Counted from the first letter of the stretch, positions 1 through 10,773 are shown. The stretch: 64,000 nucleotides of DNA from Fimbriimonadia bacterium (GCA_041483895.1 JBGPGO010000010.1:103069-167068); one strand, 5' to 3'. The notes: generated by a model from the sequence alone, not told the origin. Made by a program: numbers and translations.

Positions 1-133
1 AATCGCCTTGACGTCGGGGGGGTCTCGTTTGACATATGCGGCGAAAGCCGACGGGCCGATCTCGGTCGGCTCGCGAGTGATGGTGGAAGCCATCGATAGC
101 GGCGTCGCCACCGTGTCTCGCTACTCGGATTAG
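1..133 (+). CDS. 3' end of NfeD-like (YuaF/YqiJ-type) flotillin partner, truncated by window edge
   Basis: Frame from base 2 reads IALTSGGSRLTYAAKADGPISVGSRVMVEAIDSGVATVSRYSD* (TAG 131-133), resembling an NfeD C-terminal OB-fold; lies directly upstream of flotillin. Confidence 0.6.
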   Translation, partial: IALTSGGSRLTYAAKADGPISVGSRVMVEAIDSGVATVSRYSD

Positions 134-234
134 TCCAAATCCTATTTGTGCCCGCAATGCGTGCAGGGCAATCAGGCGCGTGTGCGAACTTACGAATGGG
201 GAGTGGACCTCGGAACAGAATTGGGAGGAAACAA

Positions 235-1806
235 ATGGAATGGTTCGATAATTTGAACCTGCTTTGGAAATTAGTGTTTGGCATTGGGATCGGCTTTGGG
301 TTCCTGTTTTTCATCTACATGACGATAAATATCATGCTTTGGCGCAAGGTGGGGCCAAACGAGGTGCTGATCATCTCCGGCTTCCGGCGTGGGACCTACG
401 AAGACCCGCGCACAGGTGAGAGAATGCGAATAGGGTATCGCATCGTGCGGGGCGGTGGTTCAATGGTGCTGCCTGTCCTCGAGCGAACGGACATAATGTC
501 CCTGGAACTCATCACGCTCGACATCGAATATGGCGAGTTCTATACGAAGCTCGGCGTGCCGGTTCGAGTAGACGGGGTGGCGCAAATCAAGGTGAAGGGC
601 GACGACATCTCGATCCATACCGCGGCCGAGCAGTTCCTGTCGAAAAACATACAGGACATTAAGTACGTTGCTCACGAAACCGTTGCCGGCCACCTGCGGG
701 CGATCCTTTCGACGATGACCGTCGAAGAGATTTACGCCCAGCAAGAGCTGTTCTCGCAAAAGGTGCAGGAGGTCGCGAGCCAGGACCTTGCCAACATGGG
801 TCTGGCCATCGTCAGCTTCACCATCAAGGCGATCAGCGATTCGCAAGGGTACATGGACGCGCTTGGCAAGCCGCAGATTGCGGCGGTCAAACGCAATGCC
901 GTCATCGCCGAGGCCGAAGCCACTCGTGACTCCACGATCCGTTCGGCCAACGCGCGCCAGGAGGCGGAAACTGCGAAATTTCAAGCGGAAATCAAAATCG
1001 CTGAGGCTCAAAGAGATTTGAACCTCAAGCAGCAGGAATTCGCAAAAACCGTGAACTTGCAGAAGGCCGACGCTGATTTGGCCTACGACCTCCAGCGGTA
1101 TAAGACCGCGCAGCAGGTGAAGCAGGAGGAAGTGCAGGTCAATATCGTCGAGAAGCAAAAGCAGGTCGAGCTGCAAACGGAGGAGATCCGCCGCCGACAG
1201 CTCGAGCTGGAAGCAACCATCGAGAAGCCCGCACTGGCGGAAAAGCAGCGCATCGAGGCATTGGCGTCTGCCGAGCAGTTCCGTTTGCAAGCAACCGCTC
1301 AAGGACAAGCGGAGGCAACCAAGGCGACAGGCGCGGCGGAGGGTGACGCGAATCGGTTCCGTGGTCTGGCCCAGGCGGATGTGATCAAGGCGCAGGGGCT
1401 TGCCGAGGCCGATATGATCCGGGCCAAGGGTTTTGCGGAGGCCGACGCCGTCAAAGCACGGGGATTGGCGGAAGCAGAGGCGATGCAAAACAAGGCCAGC
1501 GCGTTCCAGAATTACAACGAGGCCGCCGTGGCCAACATGCTGGTAGAGCGCCTGCCTCAGATTGCGGAGGCCATCGCGTCGCCGCTGTCGCGGATTGATA
1601 AGATTGTGCTGGTCGGCAGCGGGTCCGATGGGGTCGGGGCGAGCCGGATAACCCAAGAGGTGACCAACATCATGGCCCAAGTTCCGCCGGTTGTGGAAGC
1701 GATGACGGGCATCAAGCTTGCGGACATGATCCAGAAAGCGCCGAAGATCGATGCGCCGGAGCCAAAGCCCAAGAAACTCAACCGGCCGGAGGCGCCGGAA
1801 GCATGA
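235..1806 (+). CDS. Flotillin-family SPFH/band 7 protein
   Basis: N-terminal TM helix, SPFH core (VRVDGVAQIKV, GHLRAILSTMTVEEIY), AEA-rich coiled coil; GGGAGG RBS before ATG 235. Confidence 0.93.
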   Translation: MEWFDNLNLLWKLVFGIGIGFGFLFFIYMTINIMLWRKVGPNEVLIISGFRRGTYEDPRTGERMRIGYRIVRGGGSMVLPVLERTDIMSLELITLDIEYGEFYTKLGVPVRVDGVAQIKVKGDDISIHTAAEQFLSKNIQDIKYVAHETVAGHLRAILSTMTVEEIYAQQELFSQKVQEVASQDLANMGLAIVSFTIKAISDSQGYMDALGKPQIAAVKRNAVIAEAEATRDSTIRSANARQEAETAKFQAEIKIAEAQRDLNLKQQEFAKTVNLQKADADLAYDLQRYKTAQQVKQEEVQVNIVEKQKQVELQTEEIRRRQLELEATIEKPALAEKQRIEALASAEQFRLQATAQGQAEATKATGAAEGDANRFRGLAQADVIKAQGLAEADMIRAKGFAEADAVKARGLAEAEAMQNKASAFQNYNEAAVANMLVERLPQIAEAIASPLSRIDKIVLVGSGSDGVGASRITQEVTNIMAQVPPVVEAMTGIKLADMIQKAPKIDAPEPKPKKLNRPEAPEA

Positions 1807-1810
1807 CACT

Positions 1811-1850
1811 AACCCCCTCCCCCGCTTGCGGGGGAGGGTTGGGGTGGGGG
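1811..1850. repeat. REP-like palindrome family A (CCCTCCCCCGCTTGCGGGGGAGGG plus G-rich tail)
   Basis: Hairpin just after the flotillin stop; identical copy at 63850-63889, variants at 28232 and 48637. Confidence 0.85.
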
Positions 1851-1877
1851 CTCCTCCGTCTGGCATAATACAACCGC

Positions 1878-2837
1878 ATGCGAATACGACTGGAAGACAT
1901 GGAAGAACGATTTCGGGAACTGGCGCTGGACCGGCTGGGTAGCTGGTTCGGCGGCCGGCTGTCCGACGACTTCCTCAAAACACTTCCGCGCAAAGTGCTC
2001 ATGATTCAAGTTCCGAAGGAGTGGAACTTCGGGAAGCTCGACTGGTCCGGCCACGAGGACGCCAAATACCTGCGCGACGCCCGGGAGGCGCGGCAGGGAG
2101 GATTCGCCGCCGCGATGTTCGCCGGCGTGGCGGGGTGCGTGCTGGGCGGAATAGGGATCGGCCTCGGATGGCAGCCGCAGTGGCTACCCTTCGCATCGTT
2201 CGGATTTGCCGCATTTTCGTTCGCATTTCCAACAATTCTCCAGGGCTTTTGGCGTCGACGTCTGCGCAGAAACATCACCAAGGAAGAGATGCTGCGGGCG
2301 ATTGCCGAGGAACCGCTCAACCAGGCCGAGCACCGGTACATCGAGCTCCTGGACGAGGCGATGCGGACGGACAATCCCGAGCGCGAGAACGACATTCGCC
2401 GCATCCTGCGCTCCTGCGCCGAAGTGGTCGGCAGATTCCGGGAGCTGGAAGTTGTTTACCGCGACCTGCCCGCCAGCCCCAGCGAGACGGCGATGAAAGC
2501 CAGAGCGGCGGAAATCGAGAGGTTGAAGGAACGCTTGGAGGCGGAGGAAGATTTTATCGTCAAGAGCGCCTTGCAGGACCAGATCGTCAGCCTGCGATCC
2601 TTGAATGAAAATCTGCAAGAAGTGAATACTTTGGGCCGCCGCATCCGAACCCAAATGGACACCATCGTCACCATGCTGGACGGCGCGCGCGCAAGCCTGG
2701 CCCGCATCCGCCTGAGCAAAGGCACGGTCGCCGACCAGGACAGCGCCGAATTGATCGACCGCCTCAATCGTCTTTCCATCGAAAGCGCCTCTCTTGAGAA
2801 AGCGATGGTCGAAGTGCACCAGTTCGGTGTAGAATGA
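1878..2837 (+). CDS. Hypothetical membrane protein (2 TM helices + long coiled coil)
   Basis: 319-aa ORF with two hydrophobic segments then a helical charged region; CATAAT 8 nt before ATG. Confidence 0.75.
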   Translation: MRIRLEDMEERFRELALDRLGSWFGGRLSDDFLKTLPRKVLMIQVPKEWNFGKLDWSGHEDAKYLRDAREARQGGFAAAMFAGVAGCVLGGIGIGLGWQPQWLPFASFGFAAFSFAFPTILQGFWRRRLRRNITKEEMLRAIAEEPLNQAEHRYIELLDEAMRTDNPERENDIRRILRSCAEVVGRFRELEVVYRDLPASPSETAMKARAAEIERLKERLEAEEDFIVKSALQDQIVSLRSLNENLQEVNTLGRRIRTQMDTIVTMLDGARASLARIRLSKGTVADQDSAELIDRLNRLSIESASLEKAMVEVHQFGVE

Positions 2838-2841
2838 CATC

Positions 2842-3930
2842 GTGAAGGACAGCTTCGGACGCACCATCGACTATTTGCGGGTTTCCGTGACGGATCGCTG
2901 CAATTTCCGTTGCGTCTACTGCATGCCGGAGGAGGGCTATCCCGTTTCGCCCAAACCGGAGCTGCTTACATTTGAAGAGATCGCGCGGCTGGTGCGCGTT
3001 GCCGCCGGGTTGGGGATGACCAAGATCCGTTTGACGGGTGGCGAGCCGCTGGTGCGGAAGGACCTGCCGGAGCTGGTGCGGCAGGTTTCCGCCATCGCGA
3101 GCATTCGGGACATCTCGCTCACCACAAACGGTTTTCTACTGCCGCGAATGGCATCTTCTCTCGCGGACGTGGGGTTGCATCGCGTGAACATCAGCCTGGA
3201 TACGTTGCGCGAGGATACGTTCTTCCGGATTGCGCGGCGCGGCGATCTGCAGACGGTTCTGGATGGGATCGAGGCGGCTCGGAACGCGGGACTGTCTCCC
3301 ATCAAGATTAACTGCGTGCTAATGAAAGGCGAAAATGATGACGAGGCTGTTGATTTCGCCGAATGGACAATGCGCGAGGCGCTGAACATACGATTCATCG
3401 AGCTAATGCCGATTCGATGGAACATGGACGATACTTTGCCAGTCTTCCAATCAGCCCAGGCGTTCGTAGGCAACGGAGTGGAGCAACTGATAACCAACGG
3501 GCGCCTAGGTTCGGATCAGGAGGGCATGCTCAACGATCTGGAAATGCGCCGCCGCTACGTCCCAGCGGCCATCGTCAAAGATCGGATAGAGGCCCGCTTC
3601 GGTCCTATGGAACCCGCCGATGTTGTTACGAACGGCCCCGCGCGGTCGTATCGTATTCCCGGCGCACTCGGGACGATCGGTTTTATCACCCAGATCAGCA
3701 ACGATTTCTGTTCCAACTGCAACCGCCTTCGCCTGACCGCCGACGGCTTTCTGCGGCCCTGCCTAATGGCGGATGGGGAGGTCACATTGCGCGATCCCAT
3801 GCGCGCCGGCGCGACCGATGACGATCTTGCCGCCATCTTCCTGTCGGTCGTGGAGCACAAACCCGAGCGGCACTATTTGGCGGAAGGTCAGCGGGTGCTA
3901 TCACGCGGGATGAGTCAATTGGGGGGATAG
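2842..3930 (+). CDS. moaA: GTP 3',8-cyclase (molybdenum cofactor biosynthesis)
   Basis: YLRVSVTDRCNFRCVYCMP radical SAM motif, LTGGEP, C-terminal CxxC..RLRLT..PCL and MSQLGG end. Confidence 0.96.
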   Translation: MKDSFGRTIDYLRVSVTDRCNFRCVYCMPEEGYPVSPKPELLTFEEIARLVRVAAGLGMTKIRLTGGEPLVRKDLPELVRQVSAIASIRDISLTTNGFLLPRMASSLADVGLHRVNISLDTLREDTFFRIARRGDLQTVLDGIEAARNAGLSPIKINCVLMKGENDDEAVDFAEWTMREALNIRFIELMPIRWNMDDTLPVFQSAQAFVGNGVEQLITNGRLGSDQEGMLNDLEMRRRYVPAAIVKDRIEARFGPMEPADVVTNGPARSYRIPGALGTIGFITQISNDFCSNCNRLRLTADGFLRPCLMADGEVTLRDPMRAGATDDDLAAIFLSVVEHKPERHYLAEGQRVLSRGMSQLGG

Positions 3931-3967
3931 CATTTGAAAGTGCAGCGCACAACAATTGGTGAGCGTC

Positions 3968-4915
3968 ATGAAGATAATCTCTCGCTCAATGGCACTGCTG
4001 ACCGCATTGCTATTGGGCCACCCACAATCAGTAGGCGCTGCAGCGGACAAATCCGCAAGCCCAGATTTGAAAGCTCATATGACGTTTGCGTACACAAGCG
4101 AGGATATGGGCTTCCCAACTGCCATCGTTCAGTCGGACTCGACGATTTCTGCTTCGAGAGATGACGCGAGCATGATGGGCTATTCACGGATTAGCCGTAG
4201 ACTCATCATCGATGACACGCATTTCGGAGTCCTAAGCTGGGACCTATCAACCGGCAAAACGATGAAGAAGTCCACCAATTCGGCAAACCTCGATTACATT
4301 GATGATGATATCGGAGGCTTCAATGCCGACACGGGCAACACCATCGGACGCGATCAGGACGGCAACATTTACATACATCCGACGCTTTCCCAGGGCAAGG
4401 AGACGCTGCTAATCTCCGCGAAGACATTGGCTGCGCAGAACATCCCAGCTGAGTCCGGAAACCAACCCTTCGCGGCGCAAGCCGCGTGGAGCATGGACGG
4501 CAACTGTATTGCCCTCTCGTTTGGCAGCCATGAAATACTTGATAACAGCGCGGCCGATGAACAGACATATACATACGTTTTCAACTTCGCAACAAAGCGC
4601 ATCCGAAAAATTGGCAAGGGCTATCCGTACGGCTGGATTTCCAATGACAGAATCGTCGTTCGAGATTGGGCACAAGGAGACATGCTCATTGTATATTCGT
4701 TGACAGGGAAGGTGTTGGCGAAACGATCTGGATTCATCGATGTTGCAACCGACGGCAAATCGGTCCTTGGCATCGTCCATCGAGGAAATGGATACGCCGC
4801 GCAACTTTGGTCTTCCGACCTCAAGCGGCGACTGGGCGAATATCGTTGCAAGCAGTACCATCCTCACTGGTCTGAAGGCAGCCTGGTGCTGATATCTATT
4901 AGGAATGCGAAGTGA
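3968..4915 (+). CDS. Hypothetical secreted protein, possibly beta-propeller
   Basis: Signal-peptide-like N-terminus; AAWSMDG resembles a TolB/WD40-type blade. Confidence 0.6.
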   Translation: MKIISRSMALLTALLLGHPQSVGAAADKSASPDLKAHMTFAYTSEDMGFPTAIVQSDSTISASRDDASMMGYSRISRRLIIDDTHFGVLSWDLSTGKTMKKSTNSANLDYIDDDIGGFNADTGNTIGRDQDGNIYIHPTLSQGKETLLISAKTLAAQNIPAESGNQPFAAQAAWSMDGNCIALSFGSHEILDNSAADEQTYTYVFNFATKRIRKIGKGYPYGWISNDRIVVRDWAQGDMLIVYSLTGKVLAKRSGFIDVATDGKSVLGIVHRGNGYAAQLWSSDLKRRLGEYRCKQYHPHWSEGSLVLISIRNAK

Positions 4916-5583
4916 TGCCCAGGATCCCTTCGCAGGAATATCCTGCACCAAGACCCGTCGCTCCATTCAAAGCCTGGCTGCATAGGAAATACACAGGCAA
5001 CCAATCGGTGGTTGACTGGGTCAAATACACCGATGAAGAGCATTTTGAGACGAGGGCGACCTACGCTGAATATGTCGTCTGGACTTGGGAATATCCGAAG
5101 ACGTGGTTGCTCAACCAGTTTACGGTCGAGCAAATTGGCAGGGCAATGGAGGGCGAATGGCACGTTTTTATTGATGGCCGGTTGCCAAGGCTGTTGCGGA
5201 ATCGTGCCTGGCGTGCGTTGCACACACTGTTCTCGCAACTATTCGAGCCAACGGTCTCCGATTTTATGGAGGACCTTTTCGAATCCGATGCTAAATCTGG
5301 GCCATTGGAAATGGCATGCTTCATGTGGTGGGACGTCTCGCCTTATTGGCAAGGCAGTCAATATGCCGAGGCGATCGATCATGAATTCTTTCTCTCCCTT
5401 TGCCGCCAATCCATATATTCCATAAAGCCGGTAATTCAGGGATCCGCATTGCACGGCCTCAACCACAATTGCGGCCTTATGGGGGCGAAAAAGCTGTTGG
5501 ATGAGTTCCTGTCCAAGAATCTGGCCTCCCGACCGGAGCTCATCGAATACGCACAAGACGCCAAATTCGGTCGGAACCAATGA
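4912..5583 (+). CDS. Hypothetical protein
   Basis: 223-aa ORF overlapping the previous stop (GTGA); Trp-rich, no recognised motif. Confidence 0.6.
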   Translation: MMPRIPSQEYPAPRPVAPFKAWLHRKYTGNQSVVDWVKYTDEEHFETRATYAEYVVWTWEYPKTWLLNQFTVEQIGRAMEGEWHVFIDGRLPRLLRNRAWRALHTLFSQLFEPTVSDFMEDLFESDAKSGPLEMACFMWWDVSPYWQGSQYAEAIDHEFFLSLCRQSIYSIKPVIQGSALHGLNHNCGLMGAKKLLDEFLSKNLASRPELIEYAQDAKFGRNQ

Positions 5584-5655
5584 CGGCTTCTATTTAGCAC
5601 GAACGTAAATAGGGAATTCGCGATTTCTGTCGAATACTATGATCCAGGCACAACT

Positions 5656-7431
5656 ATGTACTATCTTGCACCATGCATTTACGCAACAATTTACTTTTCG
5701 ACTGTCGGCGACGGCAAACCGATCGTGAAATGTGAACTCGATTCACTTTCGGGCCACGTCGCCCATCTGAGTTGGGACACGGAAGGTGGCAATCGCGCGG
5801 GCACCAACCTGCTGCGGGAAAACACCGCCGTCACGCTGAGGGCCGCTGGAGTAGATCAGCCGTACACGACCCAGTTGCAAAAGGACCACCTGAAGATCAC
5901 AACCGGCAACGCCAAGCCCGCCACACTGGTCTTCCCGTTCAATCCCAGCGTCACGCCGACCACCGTCCTCCCGTATCGGTGGGAGCAGGACGGCACGCTC
6001 AAACTGCCGCTCATCATCAACGCCCCGGACTTCGGACAGATGCTGCTAACGTGCGACAAAAGGCACCTGGTCGCGCGTTTGGAGGGCAGCCGGCGCGACA
6101 AGATCGTCGATCTGATCATCGAACTTCCCGGCCCATGCAAGCTGGAAATGCGGCCCGTCATCCTCCCGCCGCCGAAAGGGATGAAGGACACGAAGCTATG
6201 GCAGCAGGTGCGGCGCGGCTTCTTCGGCGCGATGCAGCCCAGCGCGCGATGGGGCGAGCAGACCAATCCGTTCAGCGCCCCGCCCGGCATCTTATCCAAC
6301 AACGTGATCAGCGATCCCGCAAGTTGCTCCATTTGGTTCTATGCCGATCAGATCTTTTGGACGCCAAATGTCGAGGGCATTTCGCTAGCCGCGCAGGTGC
6401 GATACAGCGTGGACTGGTGGCTGGACCATCGCACGCGCCCGACCGGCGAGGTGGTCTGCTATTGGGACTATGGCAACTTCCTGGATGCGAATGCCGGTCC
6501 GTTGATCGCCGCGTGGGACTATGTCGAATCGACCGGCGACAAAGAGTGGTTGAAGAAGCGCATTGAAAAGCTGGAATTCATCGCGGATTTTTTGGCCAAG
6601 CGAGACATTGATGGCGACGGAATGGTGGAGGCAACTCAAAGCGGCAACAAGGGCACTTTGCACGAACCGAACCGTTCCTGCGCCTGGTGGGACGCGCTGA
6701 ACTGCGGCTACAAGGATGGCTACACGAACGCCTTGATCTACCGCGCATGGCTGTGTCTATCTGATTTGGAGTCGAAGATCGGGCGGAACGTTGGCACCGA
6801 CAAATACAAGGCGCTCGCGGGTCGATTGAAGGCTGCATACTATAAGACTTTGTACAACCCAAAAACCGGATGGCTGGCTTGGTGGAAGAGCGAGGACGGG
6901 CAGCTCCATGATTATGCTTCGCCGACTCTCAACGGGCTTGCCATCGATTATGGATTGGTGGAAAAAGAGCAGGCGCGGGAGATACTGAAACGATTGCGCG
7001 CGAAGATGACACTGGTACGGTTCGCGCGATTCGATCTCGGCCTTCCGAATGTGTTAGTCCCAGTCCCGCTCTCGGACTATCTGGGCGGCGGCGCGGGCAG
7101 CCCGAGCACGGAAGATGGATTGGATTCGTTCCAGCAGTATATGAACGGCGGCATTTCGGCGGGTCACACGTTGCACTACATCTCTGCGTTGTATAAAGTG
7201 GGTGATCGCGAGGAGGGGGACCGTGTGCTCAACGCGATGCTATCGCGGCAGGCGGTTGGCGGTTTCCAAAACGGCGTGATGGATCAGGGTGGAAAAGGGA
7301 TTGACTGGACCACATGGGACGGAAAGCCGTGCGGGTACGAGGGCTATCTCGCCGATTCGTTTCGATTCTTACAAGCGGTCCTGTTGCGCGAGCCGGCTAT
7401 GCGGAAAAGGCTGTATCAGCCGTTGGAGTAA
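5656..7431 (+). CDS. Six-hairpin glycosidase-like protein
   Basis: AAWDYVESTGDKEWL, RDIDGDGMVE, WWDA and NALIYRAW..L..L segments typical of (alpha/alpha)6 glycoside hydrolases. Confidence 0.7.
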   Translation: MYYLAPCIYATIYFSTVGDGKPIVKCELDSLSGHVAHLSWDTEGGNRAGTNLLRENTAVTLRAAGVDQPYTTQLQKDHLKITTGNAKPATLVFPFNPSVTPTTVLPYRWEQDGTLKLPLIINAPDFGQMLLTCDKRHLVARLEGSRRDKIVDLIIELPGPCKLEMRPVILPPPKGMKDTKLWQQVRRGFFGAMQPSARWGEQTNPFSAPPGILSNNVISDPASCSIWFYADQIFWTPNVEGISLAAQVRYSVDWWLDHRTRPTGEVVCYWDYGNFLDANAGPLIAAWDYVESTGDKEWLKKRIEKLEFIADFLAKRDIDGDGMVEATQSGNKGTLHEPNRSCAWWDALNCGYKDGYTNALIYRAWLCLSDLESKIGRNVGTDKYKALAGRLKAAYYKTLYNPKTGWLAWWKSEDGQLHDYASPTLNGLAIDYGLVEKEQAREILKRLRAKMTLVRFARFDLGLPNVLVPVPLSDYLGGGAGSPSTEDGLDSFQQYMNGGISAGHTLHYISALYKVGDREEGDRVLNAMLSRQAVGGFQNGVMDQGGKGIDWTTWDGKPCGYEGYLADSFRFLQAVLLREPAMRKRLYQPLE

Positions 7432-7510
7432 AGACGTAAAAGGCAACCCAATGGCTCAATCGCAAGAATAACTTGACTCGGAAGCAAGTACTTGCTATAA
7501 TGTCTGTGTT

Positions 7511-9061
7511 ATGAAGGTGCTGGTAGTAATAATTCTGTTCGTTGAGTTCATTGCCTCAAAGGCCTCAGACAAGCTATGCGAGTCTCCTTATCCATGCCTG
7601 GGAGGGCCGAACGGCAGTTCCTATGTTTCTTTACATTTGATGGTACCGATGCCGAAGATCATCAATTGGAACAAATCATTTCCAATCACATTCTACGATG
7701 AAGAAGGAAACTCTTATGGAATGCCGGATTTCACGGATGTCACCGGTTTGCAGATGCGAGATCCAACTGGGAAGATTCTATGGACTCAGCCGGACGTCGA
7801 GCCCTTTCTGGTACAGCAGGATGGCACTGTGATCGGATTCACGGGTCGTCGGACTATGCTCGTGCTTGTTGCTCCGGACGGCTCCATCTTGAAGTCGCTT
7901 CCAGTTGAAACTTCATCGATGGCGAACCTTGCCATCGCCCATACGGACGGCGGTATCACAGCCGGAACGGTTCGGTACGATAACGAACTCAATTTAGTGT
8001 ACCGGCGTCCGGAAGAACGGGTGATGGATACTATTGGCAATGTATGGATCGTCATCCACGACAACGGAGCCGTTTATGCAGGGCTTCTGGATGATGCCGG
8101 GAATGAAATCAAACTGTATCGGGTTGGCGATCTGACGTTTGACGGCAGAGGCCAAATTGCCGGCATTGATTCAAGTGGGAATTTTTACACCGGGCAGTAT
8201 TATGGTATCGCCAAGATTTTCAGCCCAGGCGGGAGTGTGCTGTTCGAATTTCACAATGGATCTTTTGGTTCGTGGTTCACAAAAACCAGCGATGGCCTTG
8301 CGATATTTGAACGCTACGAATATCCGAACTGGTATGACATCGGCCTAACGAACGATTTCCAGCAAATTCGACTCGCCGGTGGCTACTGGGACCCTGATTA
8401 CCCCTGGGGAGATTATGTGTCGCGGTTTGACGGCTCCGGCAATGTGTTTGTATACTACACGGCTCCCGGCGATTGGGACGAGACCTACAAGACGTTGTCG
8501 GGTCAGACGGGAGTTAGTGCAGGCGGCGGGGTTTGGGCCCACTATTATGAATACTCAAGTGGACTAATCCCTCATCCTGATGGCCTCATCGTCGTTTCGG
8601 CCTCATTCACAAACGATGGTGGGACGCAGAACTACACAAACTTTTATGCTCCTCCGCAGGGCTTCTTGGCTCACGCGAATCTCAAGGACGGCAACGGCGG
8701 CGCAGCCGATATTCAGTATCGCTTTGTCGTTAAGGGACAGGCGGGGGATATGGTGAGTGCGCGACGTCTTAAATCAAAGGCTCACGCGGATTGGCAATTT
8801 TACACTGCCCCGGGGAGCTATCGAGTTTTGATCAAGGCCCCATTCACGCTCTTGAAAGCCGTCTCTCAGAGCGTTACGACCGGCTTCCCAGAAAGCTCCA
8901 TTGCGTTGCCAGCCGGCGACTTGGTCGATGACAATCGAATCGACCTCTACGATCTAAATGCCGAGTTTATTGATCCAATCGATTTGAACAATGATGGCGA
9001 GGTCGACTTTAGTGACATTGCAATCATCTTCCAGAACTTCGGTCTGAGAGGCGACGAATAA
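7511..9061 (+). CDS. Secreted protein with C-terminal dockerin/EF-hand-like tail
   Basis: C-terminus GDLVDDNRIDLYDLN..DLNNDGEVDFSDIAIIFQNFGLRGDE; TTGACT-N17/18-TATAAT promoter-like motif upstream. Confidence 0.7.
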   Translation: MKVLVVIILFVEFIASKASDKLCESPYPCLGGPNGSSYVSLHLMVPMPKIINWNKSFPITFYDEEGNSYGMPDFTDVTGLQMRDPTGKILWTQPDVEPFLVQQDGTVIGFTGRRTMLVLVAPDGSILKSLPVETSSMANLAIAHTDGGITAGTVRYDNELNLVYRRPEERVMDTIGNVWIVIHDNGAVYAGLLDDAGNEIKLYRVGDLTFDGRGQIAGIDSSGNFYTGQYYGIAKIFSPGGSVLFEFHNGSFGSWFTKTSDGLAIFERYEYPNWYDIGLTNDFQQIRLAGGYWDPDYPWGDYVSRFDGSGNVFVYYTAPGDWDETYKTLSGQTGVSAGGGVWAHYYEYSSGLIPHPDGLIVVSASFTNDGGTQNYTNFYAPPQGFLAHANLKDGNGGAADIQYRFVVKGQAGDMVSARRLKSKAHADWQFYTAPGSYRVLIKAPFTLLKAVSQSVTTGFPESSIALPAGDLVDDNRIDLYDLNAEFIDPIDLNNDGEVDFSDIAIIFQNFGLRGDE

Positions 9062-9134
9062 TTCCGCCGAATCGATTTCGTATTCAAACTATAGAACTGC
9101 GCGTCGCTCACCGGAATTGCTATACTAATCGGCC

Positions 9135-9741
9135 ATGACCAAGAACCGATTGGAAGCATTCAGCGACGGGGTGTTCGCGATCATCATAGCGATCATGGTG
9201 CTGGAGCTGAAGGATCTCGCATGGCACCGATTGGGCATCGCTCAGCTCGGTCATCTACGTGTTCGTCAGCTATGTGATGAGCTTCGTCTACATCGGAATC
9301 TACTGGGAATAACCACCATCATTTTTTTCAGATCGTGAAAAGATAAACGGCGGCATTCTCTGAGCCAATTTGCATCTTCTGCTCTACATATCGCTTGTTC
9401 CCTTCGCCACGGAGTGGATGGGAGAGAATGATTTTGCGAAGGTGCCGGTCGCGTTCTATGGCTGCGTGTTGCTAGCGCCCGCGCTGGCATGGCAGATTCT
9501 TCAAACGCTCAACATCAAGTGTCATGGTCAGGAATCCAAATTCGCGCAAGCGATCGGCAGCGATCTAAAAGGACGCCTCTCCCCACTCTTCTACATCTTC
9601 GGCATCGCCGCATCGTTTTGGAATCAGTGGGTGGCGGTCGCCCTCTACGCTCTCGTCGCCTGCATGTGGCTGATCCCAGACCGACGCATCGAGTCGCGAT
9701 TTGAAGCTGATCGTGCTCGGAATTCGAATCCTGAAGTATAA
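9135..9741 (+). pseudogene. TMEM175-family K+ channel pseudogene
   Basis: RLEAFSDGVFAIIIAIMVLELK start; SYVMSFVYIGIYW, NNHHHFFQ and KINGGIL*ANLHLL are reached only through three frameshifts and an in-frame TGA at the usual Trp. Confidence 0.85.
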
Positions 9742-9774
9742 TCTGAGACATTCTTTTATTTAGGGAGTGGATGG

Positions 9775-10773
9775 GTGAAACATTTCATGACGATTCTTGT
9801 GATTATCGGCGGAACCAATGCATTTGCTGTTCCGTTTACATTCGGCAGCTTTTTGGTGTCGAATGGACACTCAAGAGAAGTCTTCGAGTACACAAGAGAG
9901 GGAGCCCTTGTACAAACGATCTCCGTACCCTATGGCCCGGGACAAGATAGTTCGGATTTCAATCGCGATATGGTTCTAGATTCGCGGGGCAATCTTCAAG
10001 TTTTCAACGGAACATTCCATCCAACTATATCCACGTTCGACCCGTACCAAGAGACTTGGACGCACCATGAGATTCCGGGTTTGTCCACAATTGGCGCGAT
10101 CTCCTATGGAAAACTGGCCGTCTTTAGCGATTATATTTTCGCGACGGATCACGCAACCGGGACCGATGAGGATGGTGGAATCTTCCGACTGAATATTATT
10201 GATGGAACTTGGGTTCGCTTCGCACTCAAAGACCCTAACGATGAGGCAACAGATCTTACTATGGGCGGCGACGGACTCCTTTATTCATTGAATCATGGCC
10301 GTTATACAGAATCGTTTAACCCAGTCACGCTGGATTTGGTTGCGCACACCGATCTTCCAGACGAATTCGTATGGGGAATCGGTCATCAGAGCATCTCAAT
10401 TGCTGTCGATTCGTCGCGGAACTATTACATTAACCAAGTGCATGGACCAATATACGAGTTATCACCGTCGCTCGACGTTATTGGCGAATTTTCATACACG
10501 GCTTCGAGTTTTGGCATCGATCTTGACCGAGCAATTGACGGACAAACGATGATCACGCAAGACGATGGTCGCGTGTGTATCCTCGATAGCGCCTTCAAAG
10601 AAATTAATACGTTTGTGGCGACTGGTCCATATTCAACACATTCTTTTGGTGCCTTCGTCCAAATGCCTGTTCCGGAACCAGTTCACCTCTTTTGGGCATC
10701 GTCCGCATGTCTTTGCCTTCTTATTCCAAGAAGACGCCCAGTCAGAGATTCTCGCCGCACGATCCAAGTGTGA
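9775..10773 (+). CDS. PEP-CTERM-like secreted protein
   Basis: Signal peptide; C-terminal PVPEP + hydrophobic stretch + RRR. Confidence 0.7.
   Translation: MKHFMTILVIIGGTNAFAVPFTFGSFLVSNGHSREVFEYTREGALVQTISVPYGPGQDSSDFNRDMVLDSRGNLQVFNGTFHPTISTFDPYQETWTHHEIPGLSTIGAISYGKLAVFSDYIFATDHATGTDEDGGIFRLNIIDGTWVRFALKDPNDEATDLTMGGDGLLYSLNHGRYTESFNPVTLDLVAHTDLPDEFVWGIGHQSISIAVDSSRNYYINQVHGPIYELSPSLDVIGEFSYTASSFGIDLDRAIDGQTMITQDDGRVCILDSAFKEINTFVATGPYSTHSFGAFVQMPVPEPVHLFWASSACLCLLIPRRRPVRDSRRTIQV

Noticed and set aside
460..1866. 468-aa minus-strand ORF and similar long antisense ORFs (e.g. 29555-30793, 33421-34347, 35116-36132, 59381-60544)
   Set aside because: Shadow frames of well-supported genes in GC-rich DNA, with no recognisable motifs
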